Source of the DNA: Lama guanicoe
Taxonomy: Eukaryota
Assembly: GCA_013239625.1 (NCBI GenBank)
Contig: MU054220.1
Location: forward strand, 7,165,367-7,229,366
Length of the DNA stretch: 64,000 bases
Direction of reading: 5' to 3'
Shown: one piece after another, positions 12,151-25,442 of the stretch
Layout: the number at the start of each line of letters is the position of its first letter
Numbering within the stretch: position 1 is the first letter of the stretch
Made by a program: the position numbers and the translations under genes
Notes under the pieces: generated by a model
The model's input: only the letters and a program-made list of their open reading frames with translations
What the model was told of the DNA's origin: nothing
Database searches by the model: none

Positions 12151-13438
12151 AATCTCCATTACTCTAATAGCAACCACAAAAAAAGTTCATGTGTTACTTT
12201 TAAAGTTATCCTTGTAAGTAGTAATTTGAGCTATCACTCAGTTATCAGTTTTAGGAATTGTATTGTTTTTACAGGACAATGATTACAAATTAGATATGAA
12301 TATTTCACCCAGAAATGTTTTTCCCTTTGAAGATATCTGATGGAGTTAAAAAAAATAATGTTGTGTTATGTTGTCAGATTCTGTAAGCTATCTATCTAAC
12401 TGGTTTCCCCAGTTTCTACAGAATTATAGTTTCTTCCTCTCAACGTTAGGGTAGCAGAAGGCTAGACAGCCACTGCGCCGCTGGTCATCAACCCCCAGAG
12501 GAGTATGAATCCTGAGAATTTGAAATCCAGGTTTTACTAAGCTCCATGAGATACACAATTGATTTCTTCAATAGACAAACCTGAAATTAACTGATTACAA
12601 TCAACTTAATATCATTTACTGACAAGTAACTGCCCAACAGAGATAGAAGGAAGTAACTGATACATATAATAAGTTTACAAAAATTCAGGCTTTGTCTAAA
12701 CGTGCTTTACTACAAATTCTTCCTGACCATTCTACCTATATCACACCATGTCCTCAGATGGAAAATTATCACAAAATTTGAAAGATGGAAAGGGACTTAG
12801 AGGCGATCCTGTACAAAGCTCTTAATTTTATGTGTGGAGAGATTAAGACTCAGAGACGTTTGGATACTTGCCCAAAATTGCCTGGCTCATTATGATAGGG
12901 TGATCAATTAAGTCTAGTTCTGATTTTCAGTCCAATGCCTGTATTTATTCATTTCCTTGTTGCTATATCAAACTGAGAAATACGTAAATTATAGTGTACA
13001 TTTTCTAGTCCATTTTTAATGTCCACTTGGCTATTATGGTTAGAATAAACTGATAACTGTATCTATTATTTTGAACTTACGATGGTGGATGAGGTAAAAG
13101 TAGGAAGTCTTTCCAATTTCTGTACAAAATATTATTCAAAGTGTTTCTCCAATGAAGTGTGTATGACACATGACACACTTCAATAATACAATGCAGTGAC
13201 CATTGGTAAAGGGAAGCAAGACTGGCCAATGTAGAGATGAATAAACTAAAACAACTATCTCTCTCTGTATCTGTATCTATGTGAATGTTTCTGTCTGTAT
13301 TTGCCTATCTATATTAGAAAGAAGAAAGACTAAACGCTAACGGGGTAATGTGACAAGCTGGACTATCTAATAATAGCCTTAAATTTGTTCTCAATTGCAT
13401 AATTTAAAAAGATAATATTTGTGTTTGTCTTCCTCCAG

Positions 13439-13535
13439 GTATAAAAGAAACGATATCTACAGAAATCCAGAACGCTTCTTTAACCTCTTTGGGTTTTCTC
13501 AGGAAGATCAGAGACTTCGGGGAAATTTCCAGAAG
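13439..13535 (+). other. LRRC4C: Probable non-coding 5'UTR cassette exon of LRRC4C (97 nt)
   Basis: Acceptor TTTGTGTTTGTCTTCCTCCAG| and consensus donor AAG|GTAAGT in unique sequence, on the same strand as the recognised LRRC4C leader exon ~29 kb downstream; LRRC4C is known to have several small non-coding exons; assignment is inference. Confidence 0.65.
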
Positions 13536-16500
13536 GTAAGTTTCAAGTACCACTAATCTGTTTTCCTGTGGCTTCCTTGCTAGCTTACAAAGTTCAGAAC
13601 AAAAGAGATGTTCTGTAAGTCAAAAGAGTGGACAAAGGGAGGGCCAGATTCTGCTTTTCATAAATGATACAGTTAATATCTGAGAATGTGATTTCAATGT
13701 GTGCCCAAAACAAGCTTCCTAACACTGAACCCCAGCATGAGAGAGGTTTACCCACCCCGTCCCAGGATGGGCAGCTGCAGCCTCCCCCAGCATGGCAGCT
13801 GCCCTGTAAACTCTCCAGTGTGGAGCAGCAGGCCTGAATGCGTCTTCCTCTCAACATCCTGCTCTGAATGTGAAAGCGAAGAGAGTGGGTTAAACTAACT
13901 GATGAAGTCTTGCTCCCAGGGTCACCAATCACAGAAGCAACTCTAATAACCAAGGACAGGAGACAGTAAAGTGAATAAAGAGAAGCCAGATGAGCTAATA
14001 TAATGGAGTTTTTTCACATGGAGAAGTAAAGTAGTAATAGGGAATAAGTATTCCGTAATACCGCTGAAAAATAGGAGAGGCCTGCCAGGGAAAGGAAGGG
14101 CTCTGCACAGCTTGCACGAGGCTTTCGTTAACCTAAGAGCACACTCGGAGAGTTCCCCCTGAGTGATGGAGGCAGCCACAGTGCTGTTGTCTCCTGCTTT
14201 AAGCAGCAAGCCAGACTCTAAGCAGAACCTTTGCCAACTGCCTATTAGAAGTCATGTATTATTAGAATCACAAGGGGCATGTATTGTCATAGAGAAGACG
14301 ACACTAAGACAGACTGCTGGCATTTGTGGTTTTACTCTTTTTAAAAAGCCCATTACATAGAGTAATCTTTAATATTTCAGGCATATGATTACACGATTCT
14401 GTAAAGAGGGTGTGGAGAAAAAAGTTTAGATAGTGAGTGAGATTAACTAACTGTTCAGTGGACTTGTCTCACTGGGAATTTGTATTTCTAACTTAATAAG
14501 TCATCTGTTTCACTTGGTTTTATTTGTTGGTAGAAAATAAAACCTAGAAAAGGGAACTTATTACAAGGACAGAAAAAAAAAGTCAGAGGCTTGAACAAAA
14601 GTAAAATAGTAGACTTTGGTACAGGACTATGAGCCAAGCCAAGTAGGTCTTGGTAGCAGCAGCCACTTAATATTTTCAACTGGATGGTGCCTCTAGAATG
14701 AATGGACCTTGTTCCTTTCATATGGGTTTTTCTTCATCTGAGAGTCAAGATCATGCAAGAAAAACTTGGATTTATTTTGGTCATTCAGTTTGGTTAAATT
14801 TTCGTGATTTCCCTCTCAATGGTTATACTGCAGTAGCAAAAGAAAACATTGAATAGATTGGAAAATTTTTATCTTCTGTGATGGAGGAGCAGTCATCTGG
14901 ATTTGCCACTCCATCATGAATACATATCATGGAGAATAATTAATCATCAAAAATGAGATAAGGGCTGTCATCAGGAAAAAGAGCCTGTATTTAATACTAT
15001 TTAATACTCATCATATTGTAGCATAAAGTGGGTACCGCCTATTAACATGAGTAAGCTGCAAAAACATATGGGCACAATGACATTTAGGAAGTCGGTTATT
15101 AGCAAATGTCTCTTGGGCAGATCCTTAAAGAATGTCAAAGGACTGCTAGATTGATCAGCCTTTTAACTTGGACACTCAAAAGTCGTATTTCTGAAAGTTT
15201 TACGTAAGCTCGAAAGTATGAAATCAACTAGTCCCCCAAAATGAAAAAAATATTATGCTCAAAGAGAGGAGAGGACCGGTAAGAATATAAAAAGACTGGA
15301 AATTCACTGGGGGTGCCAAACCTAAAAATCTTTCATAAAGCAAAAACCTTTAAAGCGCAACAAAGTGGTCCTCGTTCATTACGGCTTCCTGCTCCAGGAA
15401 GAAACAAATGCAGCTCCTAACTTAGAACCCTGATTGAAGTCCTCAGGATTTCTTCATATTGAGTTCAAACAGAGGCATGCTCGCCGTTGATATTTAGTAA
15501 ATGCTAGTGGAAAAAATGATTGAATGAATAGTTAGATTAATTATAAATGTATTAGACAATTTTCCAAGATATACTTGTTTAACCATCTAGTTTTAAGTGA
15601 GTCAATATCAGTTTTTTCCCCTTTTTCCCATGTCCTCAAAGGCTTTCTAACGCCATTCTTTTAGCATTGCATCAGGAAACCAAAATGAAACAAACAAACA
15701 AACAAAAACCCACAGGTAACTTAAGAGAAAGCTATATCCATCCCTGATAGATCTATTCTAAAGAATTTATCTCAGAAGTTCAAAGCAATCTGGTTTCTGG
15801 GTACCAATAAATCATAGCATAATAAATCAGATCATAGTGGGAGCATTCTAATTTTAATTTTACCTGAGATTTATGAAGTTCCTAACCATATTTTGAGTCT
15901 GTTGGTAAAGTGAATGAATAATGGGTTTTATAGGAATGTTTGGGTATTCAGGGAAATTTTCCAAGAACCTTTTGCAAAAACATATTAAAATCTTAGGGGA
16001 GATCAGGAAATACAACCATCCCTTTGCTTAACCATCACAGCTCTTCTCTATCTGCTGTGTGTAAGCTCTGGCGTACAGATTTTTGCCATTTGGGATGATT
16101 TATCCAAATAGGAATTGGTCTTCCAGTCCTTAAGTTTATTTCTGACCTCTCCTTGCTAATAGAAGGACAGAGAATTACTGTCTTCTCAAAGGTGGTTAAA
16201 CGAACAAGAGCAACAGATTGCAACAAATAAAGTTCCAAATAGCCTTGTCAGGTTTGTGATTCATATACAAAAGAATAGACATCTACATGGTTAAGTTGCA
16301 GTGGCTATTCCTTGATGATTGACATTTTTATTTAGGAACAAATAGAGTTTCACTTATTCCTGGAAAACATATCTATAAATTAGATCCCCCAATGTCTAAA
16401 GTGAGATATGTAATTTCAAGTGAAACAATATTATTGCCCCAATCCAAGGAGAACTAAATGGATCTTTGCTATTGTCACATCCATGGGAATTTTTTGATAA

Positions 16501-16769
16501 AAAATACATAGCTTTTTCCAGTTTGGGTTGTCTGTAAAATGTGGCTGTATTGGTAGTGACTGAAGTAGTTATTAGATCTGATTCATAGAGTTCTTGGTAA
16601 TAGAAAAAGCACGCCCACGTTCCCATGACTCAGGCCCTGGTTAACAAATCTTTACACCATCAATCTGATGGAGCCCTATTCAGGGAGATCTCAAGTCCTA
16701 TGGGAGGCCTCTTCCTTGATCTTTAAATTAAAAACTGAATTAGAGCACCCAGCAGGGGCAAGAGTGTAG

Positions 16770-17290
16770 AGAAAGAATGTTTTTATAAATGGCTGTGGAG
16801 AGAGTACCTTGGTGCAACTTTCTGGAGACCTATATAGCATGCTAGCAAATGTCTTTAAAATATGCCTACCCGTGTCCCAAGATTTTCTTTTCTAAGATTT
16901 ATCTTAAAGAAATCAGTGAACAAATGAATGAAGATATATGTGCATGCGTGATCACTGGAGCGTTGGAAACAGTTGCAATATATTAGAAACAATCTAAATA
17001 CCTGAAAATAAAGGACTCCTTGTAATACAGTTTATTGATAGAATAAACCACTATATAGTCATTATAGTGGTTATAGTCATTAGTAATGATGCTGCTGCTT
17101 GGAATATATCATGGGAATACATTCACAATACAGTATTAATTTTGAAAAATCTGATTACAGGGATTTATGCAAATATGATATCAATAATTATATGTTACAT
17201 GTATTATGCATCTTACGTGTATAGAAAAATATCTGAGTAACAGGACTATGGCCTATTCTTTTTATATATTCTTATTTTAAATCGAAATAG
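16770..17290 (+). mobile_element. Ancient LINE-1 (L1ME-like) 3' fragment
   Basis: GGTGCAACTTTCTGGAG, CTAAGATTTATCTTAAAGAAAT and GAAACAATCTAAATACCT motifs. Confidence 0.7.
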
Positions 17291-17536
17291 ATGTTAAGTA
17301 TATAAACTGAGAGAATAAAATAGATTGCAAACTAGGGGAAAAGGTCTTCAGTGAGAGAAGACCCTCTACTGCCATGAAAAGGCATACACACATACAACCT
17401 CTTTAATAATCCTTACTGTCCTCACTCCAGAAGGCCCTTGGAAGCAGGTGTTTCTGTGAACTTACCATGTTTTCCTGAGAATGTAGCTGAGCTGGGACTC
17501 CTATTGTCCTAGTTTATAACAGCGACATCTCTTGAT

Positions 17537-18087
17537 TGTTGCTGGTACAGGAAAAAATGGGGGCACAGGCGGATGTCCACGTCCCAGGTCTCGGTTGAGT
17601 CCCTGGGATGCACCCCGCCAAGTGCAAGTCCTTGGCTTTGCACAGGAAAGAATTTTAGAGTGAGCCATAGTTGAGTGCAAGTGGACTTATTCGGAGAGAC
17701 GCACACTCCATAGACAGCGAGCAGGCTGCCTGGGAAGGTGAGGGAGCAGGAGACACTTCGAGGCACCGTGTGGCTGGTTTTTATATACTAAAAAGTGGGA
17801 GGATTATTCCAGCTACTTTGGGAAAGGGGCTGGGCTTCCCAGGAACTGGGCCACTGGCCTCTCTTTGACCCTTCCTGGTTGGGCTCGGAACCGTCATGGC
17901 GCCTGTGGGCGCACCATTCACCAGCTAGTACGCGACAGTGTGTATAATGAAGCTCAAGGTGCGCTGGAGGCCGAACCTCCTGCCCTCTCGGGCCTCACGG
18001 TCTATTGGGAGTTGACTTTTCCGCCATCTTCGTGCTAATTGCGGTCATTCCTTTAGTGGTTGTGCCCTTCCCCCTTCCCTCCTGTCT
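17537..18087 (-). mobile_element. ERV1-like solo LTR, CpG-retaining
   Basis: Begins TGTTG; CCTTGGCTTTGCACAGGAAAGAATT..GAGTGAGCCA typical of MER4-group LTRs in reverse; reverse polyA-like signal (CTTATT) and TATA (TTTTATATA). Confidence 0.8.
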
Positions 18088-18355
18088 GTTGCTACAAGTC
18101 ATAGACTGGAGGGGCCATAACCACTAGCATTATGGTAAAAAGCATGGGGGCGGGTGGCTTAAAACTAATATAAACAAAACCAGTTTATCATTTACAAATA
18201 AGACTAAAGAGCAAGAATGTGAGATGTGATTTGCCTGGGCTAGGGATGGTTAAAAGCGGAAGGCAATGATTATGGGCTGCTCAGTAGCAGGGTAAAGCCA
18301 AGATGAATGCTGGTGTGGTACCTATTTGGTTCTCAGTGAAAGGAGTGCATGAGTT

Positions 18356-18894
18356 TGTTACTGAAAAAAGTGAGGCCAAACAAATCGAACGTTGGAATTT
18401 GGAGCAGGTTTCTTGCAGGGCCAGGCAAGGAGGGATGGGTGGCTCCTGCATGAAAAACCTGAAGTTCCTGATGGTTTTTCAGGGGAAAATGTTTATAGGC
18501 AAAATTTGGGGTGAGGGCTTCAGGGTGTGTGACTTTCTTCTGATTGGTTGGGGGTGAGGTAACAGGGTGCTCCAGGAATCCTGTGCTCAGCCTGAAGTTG
18601 CCCTCCTATACCGGGGTGGGGACCTTAGCTCCCGCAGAAGAGCTCAAACATATTGTTCTGTCTGTTCCTTGAGCAGGAACCAGGACCCTGCCCCAAGGCT
18701 GCACTATTGTTTCTTGACTGCTCCTCCTTTGTTTCTGCATTCCTTCCTTCCCTGATTAGCAACTGTTTGAATCTGCCCTTTGGAACTCAGGGAAGGACGA
18801 GGAGGCTGAATGACACCTATATCCTACAAAAGAAAAACGGGGGGTTGGAAAGGATTTGTACCTGGGAGGACCCCACAGGGTCCTGCTCCTTTCA
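18356..18894 (-). mobile_element. ERV1-like solo LTR
   Basis: TGTTAC...TTTCA termini; 4-bp flanks AGTT/AGTG; CTGATTGG (reverse CCAAT) and TTTATA. Confidence 0.85.
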
Positions 18895-19122
18895 AGTGGC
18901 AGTGATGAAAATGGCAGATTCAGAACCCTGCAAGCCTGCACAGTACAAAAGAAAGGGCACCTGCTCAGGGAGGTGCCGATGTGTTGATCCAGGGACCTGG
19001 AACTCTGGTGCAACCACCATCAAGTCTTTGCAGGTAACTGAATGTGCAAGTAAATGCCCTTCAAGCTAAACCCCTCTCCTCTCATCCAGGTTGTCGATGC
19101 TGCTCCTTCTAGAATATTGGAA

Positions 19123-20168
19123 TGTTGATTAAAAAAAACAAAACCAACAACCCAAATTCGGGGGCTTTGCTGAGGGCTGTAGCCCAGGATTCAGCCTCTC
19201 ATAGCTCCAAAGAACTATTCAAAGTGGGAATGGAGGAGCCAGTGTTGGGCCAAAACAAAACCAACAACCCAAATTATACAACCTCAAAGCTGAGAGAGTT
19301 ATGTTTTATTCTGGGGCTTTGCTGAGGGCTGTAGCCCAGGATTCAGTCTCTCATTGCTCCAAAGAACTATTCAAAGTGGGAATGGAGGAGCCAGTGTTGG
19401 GCCAACTGTTGTCCATCAAAGTCCAACGACCCCCGTTCCTGGGCCCTCAGATGTCTGCCTGTGATTTCTCAACAGATAAAGTATGTTCTTTACTGGGCAT
19501 GTTTCCCCTAACAAACCAATAGCTCCAGGTAATAATCTCACAATAGCTCAGGCTGGCTTGTTTCAGCCCACCGTATCAGAGTCAAACGCCGTGCCTTTCC
19601 GGGACCCTAAACCTCTTACCTCACCTACAACCAACCAGAGACTTGTGCACAAGCCGATCAGGGACCTCGTGGCCCTACCTTATAAAAGACCCCCACATCC
19701 AGCCCTTGGTGCTCACACAGACACCTCTCATCAGTTTTCCACAGTGTACCCCTAATAAACTCCTTTCTGTTCTCATCCTTTATCTCTGGTAAATTCTTTT
19801 ACCAACACGCATGTCACCGTGTCACCGACTGACCCCTGTTGTGTCCCACGACAGCCAGGATATATATGAGTTTTTGCTGAAATAAAACCATGTGGTGGAT
19901 CATCCAAAGATGACTGCTAATCACAAAAAAAAAAAAAAGGACATCTCATGTTAAAGGTTTTAGTGCTTTTCTATGGGAAGATGCAAGAGTCTGTGTTCAT
20001 TGAAATGATTCCTTTGATATGCACCTTAACTACCTAGGGCCAGTATCCCATTCTTCTCCATCCCGAATTCCCCTCAGGGCCTGCTGCTGGGGAATGCTGC
20101 GGTGACTCAGGGCTTGATGGAAGGCAACATTGTTTACTGAAATAGCGGGTAACATTTTCTGTCCACCA
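19123..20168 (-). mobile_element. MER41-like artiodactyl ERV1 solo LTR, interrupted by a nested LTR
   Basis: TGTTGATTAAAAA...ATGTTTTATT...GGAGGAGCCAG|GATATATATGAG...GGGAAGATGCAAGAGTCTG...GTCCACCA. Confidence 0.85.
19395..19853 (+). mobile_element. Nested ERVL-like (MER73/MER74-like) solo LTR
   Basis: TG...CA termini, perfect 5-bp TSD GCCAG (19390-19394 and 19854-19858), TATAAAA at 19681, AATAAA at 19754. Confidence 0.9.
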
Positions 20169-20185
20169 GATCCCGCCATACTGCA

Positions 20186-20793
20186 TGTCACAGGGTGCAG
20201 TGGGCCAGTACTCCAGTGGTAAAAGAACTTACCAAAGACAAAGGATGAAAATGGAGTTTATCAGGTTACACTGCCATAGACAGCAGTGGGCCACACAGAT
20301 GAGCGGTGCCTAATGAGCCCTGAGGGTCAGTTGCTGAGGTCTTTTATTAGAGAGGGTTCCATCAGGTACCGAGGGATCACAAGATGTATGACCTGCTCTG
20401 CACAAGTCTCTGGCTGGTTGATGTTGAGATAATAGGGCAGGGAGGGGGTCGTGGAAGGGAAGGGCTGTGCGACTCCGCAGGAGCTGTGACCTGTTGCTTC
20501 CCGGCATTGTATGGATGATCCTCTCCACTGAGGCAGGATTGTATTAGGAAAGGAGTGTTCTTTGTTATCTTTAAAGGGCAGCAGCAGGGCATCTGAGGGG
20601 CCTTGGAGCAGGAATCTGCCAGATGTCTGTGGCCCCCACACTGCATTCACGGAGTGGTTAGTATCCCTGAGGCAAAGAAGGCTAAAATGGGAGCAGCCCC
20701 ATAGAAAAAGTTCCCCTGGAAGTCGCTTTTCACTTAGCATTCTTGGGTGGATCTGTGTTGGTGCCATGAAAGGTTAGGAATTTTTCTCTTACG
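20186..20793 (-). mobile_element. ERVL-like (MER74-like) solo LTR
   Basis: TGTCACAGGG...TGGTAAAAGAACTTACCAAAGA is the reverse complement of the U5 motif in the 19395-19853 LTR (TCTGGTAAATTCTTTTACCA). Confidence 0.75.
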
Positions 20794-20819
20794 AGGTTTT
20801 GAATGAGAATCTCTTACCT

Positions 20820-21080
20820 TATCATTACTGTTATCATGAAAATAATGGCTGGTAACAGTACTGGAGGAAGGACTTCCTGTGCATGTTACTGGAACTAAGC
20901 CTCTTCACAGGAGTTGTCTCCATGAGTTTTCACAGCACCCTATCTACAGTCCTTTCAAAGATCAAGACACAAACGGGGAGAGAAGTTAAGAAGCTTGTTC
21001 AAGGTCATTCAAATAGAAAGGAGGTGGATGTGGAATTAAAATCTAGGCAGGATAATTCAAATCTTAAGCTTTGACAGCTC
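20820..21080 (-). mobile_element. MIR SINE
   Basis: GAGAAGTTAAGAAGCTTGTTCAAGGTCA core. Confidence 0.6.
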
Positions 21081-23359
21081 TTCTGACTCTGTGTAGAACA
21101 GAACACACTATCATGTTTACTTTTGGGGACTGTTGTTTTAAAGCAACAGTACTAATTAACAAAGACTGACATCAGATGTAACCTAGCCAGATCCCCCAGG
21201 ACTCAGAATTCTTCTTTTTCAGATATTCTTTTGTATTTTCCATAACAAAAGAGGGGAGCTGGTGAGTTACAACCCCATTACTCAACTTTAGTTTTCTTCT
21301 TTTGCCCTAACCTGAGGAATACATCCATGAGAAATAACAAGATGTGAATGAACTCCATAGCCTTAGAAAGGAAAGATGTCCAAAGCACTTAGCATCATAT
21401 GGGAGCATCGTACCTGACGGGGGAAGCGCACACTCTAAGCCTAGGGTATTTGCTAAGTCATAACCATTTGGAAAACAGGTGAAGTGAAAGTCACCTGCTA
21501 AGTCTCAAACACGCCACAGCACGTTTCAGCTGAGAATGCTTAAAAATAAAATACCGGAGAAGGCAAGCTCTTTGAAGTTACGTTTGCATGTGATCTTGTT
21601 TTCTACGCCTGCAAGGTGAGAGTTTCCTTCAAGGCTGCCACTGTCATCATTGAGCCCCACTCACTCATTCAGTAAATGTTTATTTGACATGTACATCGTG
21701 CCACGGAGCCAGGCATGGGGGCTACCCAGGTGGGTTAATGCTCTCTTCTGTGGAGGGAAACAAGGACAGACCCTAGGAGCTTAATATCTTAATAGTATAC
21801 GGTAGAGATGTGGGGAACAGATGCACATTAACATAAAGATACATACGCTTGCCCACATATACGCATATGCTTTCTTGCCACGCTGCCGGAGAGAAATATC
21901 AATCACGCTGAAGATATTAACAGAATGTCTGGGTAGCTTCCGCCCGGATCACGGAAGACTTCATGGGTGAGTTGAGTTTTGAAAAGTTTTGGGGAAAATG
22001 ACAAAAGAAATCACGGTGGTAGAGTATGGGGATGTTTTCTGTTTTGGCAGAAATAATGACACAGAGGATCTGAGGAGTCCTCAGAATCTTCCAGGAGTGC
22101 AATTTGAATTAGGAAGCAGCTCAGGTGAAGTGGTTCGTGGAGGTTCAACTATCAGGATTGATGAATTTGTGTGTGCGTGTGTGTGTGTGAATATTTGTAA
22201 GTGGAGTCTAAATAAGACAGATCAAAACACCCTCTCCAGGTCCTGTCCTTAGAAGCTAAAGCCTTTGTAGATGAGATAATATGTAATTATTATACTTAAT
22301 TCTAGCAAAAAAAAAAGTAAGCCAAAATCCCTTTCAAAGGCTTTGACTTTAAATCAAACTGGGATAAAGCCCCATCTTTGCAAATTACTTTTTAAACTTT
22401 AAAAAATTACTTCTCTTGCCTTCAGGTCCTTTATGCAGGAGGGCTGGGAGTCAATGCATGTAAAGAACTTAGCACACTGTCAGACACATAGTTCGTGCTC
22501 ATTAAATGTTAGCTGGGTAATTATCAGTAATACTGCTTTACTGTTTTATTAAAATATGGCATAAAAGTCATGCCCACTGACTGATGTACAATAATATGCA
22601 ATTTGGTTTTTGCTTAAAAATAGGTTTATTGAGATATCACCATATCCAGATATTGGAGCAAGCAGTGTGGAATGATAACGAATCAAGCTGAGTCCTTACC
22701 TGCAAGGGCCTCGGTGTCTGTCAGAACCCATTTTCAACTAACCACAACGACTAGCAGGGGGTCCTGGTTTGTGCCCTGATTAGTTCCTTATTTATCTATC
22801 AATTCCTAAGAAATTCAGGGCTCTCGGAAGCATTTTTTGGTTAGGGGAAAACAGTTCAAAATGCCTCTAGCACAGTGTACTCTTGAAGCACTTTTGTACT
22901 TCAAAAAAAAATTATGTTCCAGTTAATAAAATGCTTTTACCTTCATTAAGTTGTGAGGCTCACAAGAAGCCTGTGAGGTAAGCCCAGAGCTGGAGGGGAT
23001 GAATGGAGGGGTGGGGAGATGAATGGAAGAAACTGGCATTTCAAGGATCTGAATGGCTTGCGCATGGTAACAGAGCCATCCAGTAAGACAGCAGGAATTT
23101 CCTCTGCGTTATGTTGCCTCTATGGAAAAAGGGTGAGTCGCCCGTTATTCCTTGGACAGGCAGAGCCAGCTCTAAGGAAGCATCTGAGTCTCTGGTGGGT
23201 GTGTGAATGTTTCAGTTTTCTTCCTCAGCCACTCCTTCCTGTCTCTAGTCAAATATTCCCTGCTGCTCCTGGGCTGCTGGACAGCCACAAAAATCACCCC
23301 TCTGCTCCCTCCTTCTCCTTCCCCTTTGGTCAAAAATACTGTACTCTGCAATAACAATA

Positions 23360-23810
23360 AAATGTGGAGTCTCCATGCAACGGAAAATTATTTCACAATA
23401 AAAATGAATGAAGTATTGGTCTGTCCTATGACTTGGATGACACTTGAAAACGTTCTGTTGAGTGAAAGAAACCAGACATAAAAGATTACATATGGTATGA
23501 TTCCATTTATGTGAAATGTTGAATATGAATATGATATGGATATAGTTCAGTATGTTCAATATCAACTTGAATACAGAATAAGAAAATCTATAGAAGCACA
23601 AAGCAGGCTAGTGATTGCCTAAGGCAGGCAGAGGAGGATGGGGAATGACCAGTAAAGGGTAGGGAGTTTCCTTTGGAGGTGACCAGTTGTTTGAAAATGA
23701 GACTGTGGTGTGGTTATGAATATCCTGAAAAGACACGGAGTTGTGCATGTAAATGAATGACTCAAATTGTACGTGAATTATAGCCCGAGAGAACTATTAA
23801 AAAATAATAA
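23360..23810 (+). mobile_element. LINE-1 (L1MB-like) 3'UTR
   Basis: AGTGAAAGAAACCAGACATAAAAG..ACATATGGTATGATTCCATTTATGTGAAATG. Confidence 0.85.
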
Positions 23811-23849
23811 CAGGAATGGCCAAAATTAACGTAACCATGTCTTGTGTGT

Positions 23850-24060
23850 ATGTGGTAAATACTTTGCATATATCAATATTTATTTCTTAGTTTATCCTGT
23901 AAGCAACCTTGAGGCTGGCACTATTTTTATTTCCATTTTCTAACATGCACAAACTAGGAAAGAAGAGTTAGTCATCCAAGGTCACACAGCTGGTGAATGG
24001 CAGAGGTCAGATCTGAACTTGGGAAGTCTGGCTTAGGGATGCTGCTCTCTTAACACACGC
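23850..24060 (-). mobile_element. MIR SINE
   Basis: CCAAGGTCACACAGCTGGTGAATGGCAGAG. Confidence 0.75.
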
Positions 24061-24199
24061 TAATCCCAGTCTTCCCCCATCGTTGTATTCTCTCTGATCT
24101 GGGCACATGAGAGTAGTGACTGTGCCCAGGTCTCCCCTGTGCTCTCCCTTGCATTTATTCCTGTATATTCTTCCTTCCCATTTATTTATTCCCCCCCCC

Positions 24200-25442
24200 A
24201 ACTTTGAGGTGTAATTAGTATAAAATAAACTGGATATATTTGAAGTGTCCAATATCATAAGATTGGGCAAATATAAGCCCTGTACAACTGTCACCTTGAT
24301 CAAGATAATCAACATAATAAACTTGTCCATCATCCACAAAAGTTTCCTCATGCTCCTCCATCCTCCTTCCGTTTCGACCGTTCTGCCCCAACTCATTTCA
24401 AAACACTATTGATCTCTTTCTGTCACTAAAGATTCATTTTTGTTTGCTAGAGTTTTATATGAAAGGAATCATACAGGATAGACTCTTTTTTTGTCCAGAT
24501 TCTTTCACACAACATAATTATTCTCATGCTTATTCACGTCATTTCAAGTCTCAAAAGTCTAGTTGTTTAACTTGCTGCTTAATATTCCATTATATGGGTA
24601 TACCGCAGTTTGTTTCTTCATTCAGGTTTTGATGTGTTCTTGGATTGTTTCCAGCTTTGGGCTATTGCAGTTAAAGATGATCTGAGTGTTGGTGTACAAA
24701 TCTTTGTACAGGCATGTGCATTCATTTATTTTGTGTAAATAGGAGTGGAATACCTGGATCGTATGGTAACATTTTACATTCCCACCAGCTGTGTTTGACA
24801 GTTCTAGTCCCTCCACATCCTTGGCAATACTTTTTGGTCTTAGTCATTCCAATAGGTGTGGAGCAGTATCATATCTCATAGTGGCTCTTATGTGCATTTC
24901 CCTAATCAGGAGTGATGTTGAGCATCTTTTAATATGCTTGTTTGCCATCTATATGGCTTATGGTTTATTTGCCATCATTCTTGTTTGGGTTGTCTTTTTT
25001 CTTACTATTAGGGATTGTGAGTTCTTTGTGTATTTTGGTTATGTCTTTGATGAGATACATAGTTTGCAAATATTTTCTTCCAGTCTGTAGCTTAGCTTTC
25101 CCTTCTCTTAAAAATATCTTTAAGAATTGAAGGTTTTAATTTTGGTGAAGGCCTATTTATTATTTTTTTTCTTTTGTGCATCATGCATTTGGTATTGTAT
25201 CTAAAATATTTTTGCCAAAATCAAAATCATGAAGGTTTGTCTCCTATGTTTTTTTCTACAAGCTTTATAACTTCACGTTTCACAGTTAGGTCTACGATCC
25301 ACTTTGAGTTAATTTTCGTACAAGGCATGCTGTATGGAACCAAGTTCATAGTTTTGCATGTGGATATTCAATTGTTCCAGCACTTTGTGTTTAAATGACT
25401 ATCCTTTCTCCATTGAATCATCTTTGTACCTTTATCAAAAAA
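24200..25442 (-). mobile_element. Old LINE-1 (L1MC/L1MD-like) 3' portion
   Basis: GATTGTTTCCAGCTTTGGGCTATT, TGCATTTCCCTAAT..GATGTTGAGCATCTTTT, GATATTCAATTGTTCCAGCAC. Confidence 0.9.

Noticed and set aside
19122..19522. Repeated peptide GALLRAVAQDS...EEPVLGQ suggesting a repeat protein or array
   Set aside because: By-product of the tandem duplication in LTR DNA; only two units and no CRISPR-like spacer structure
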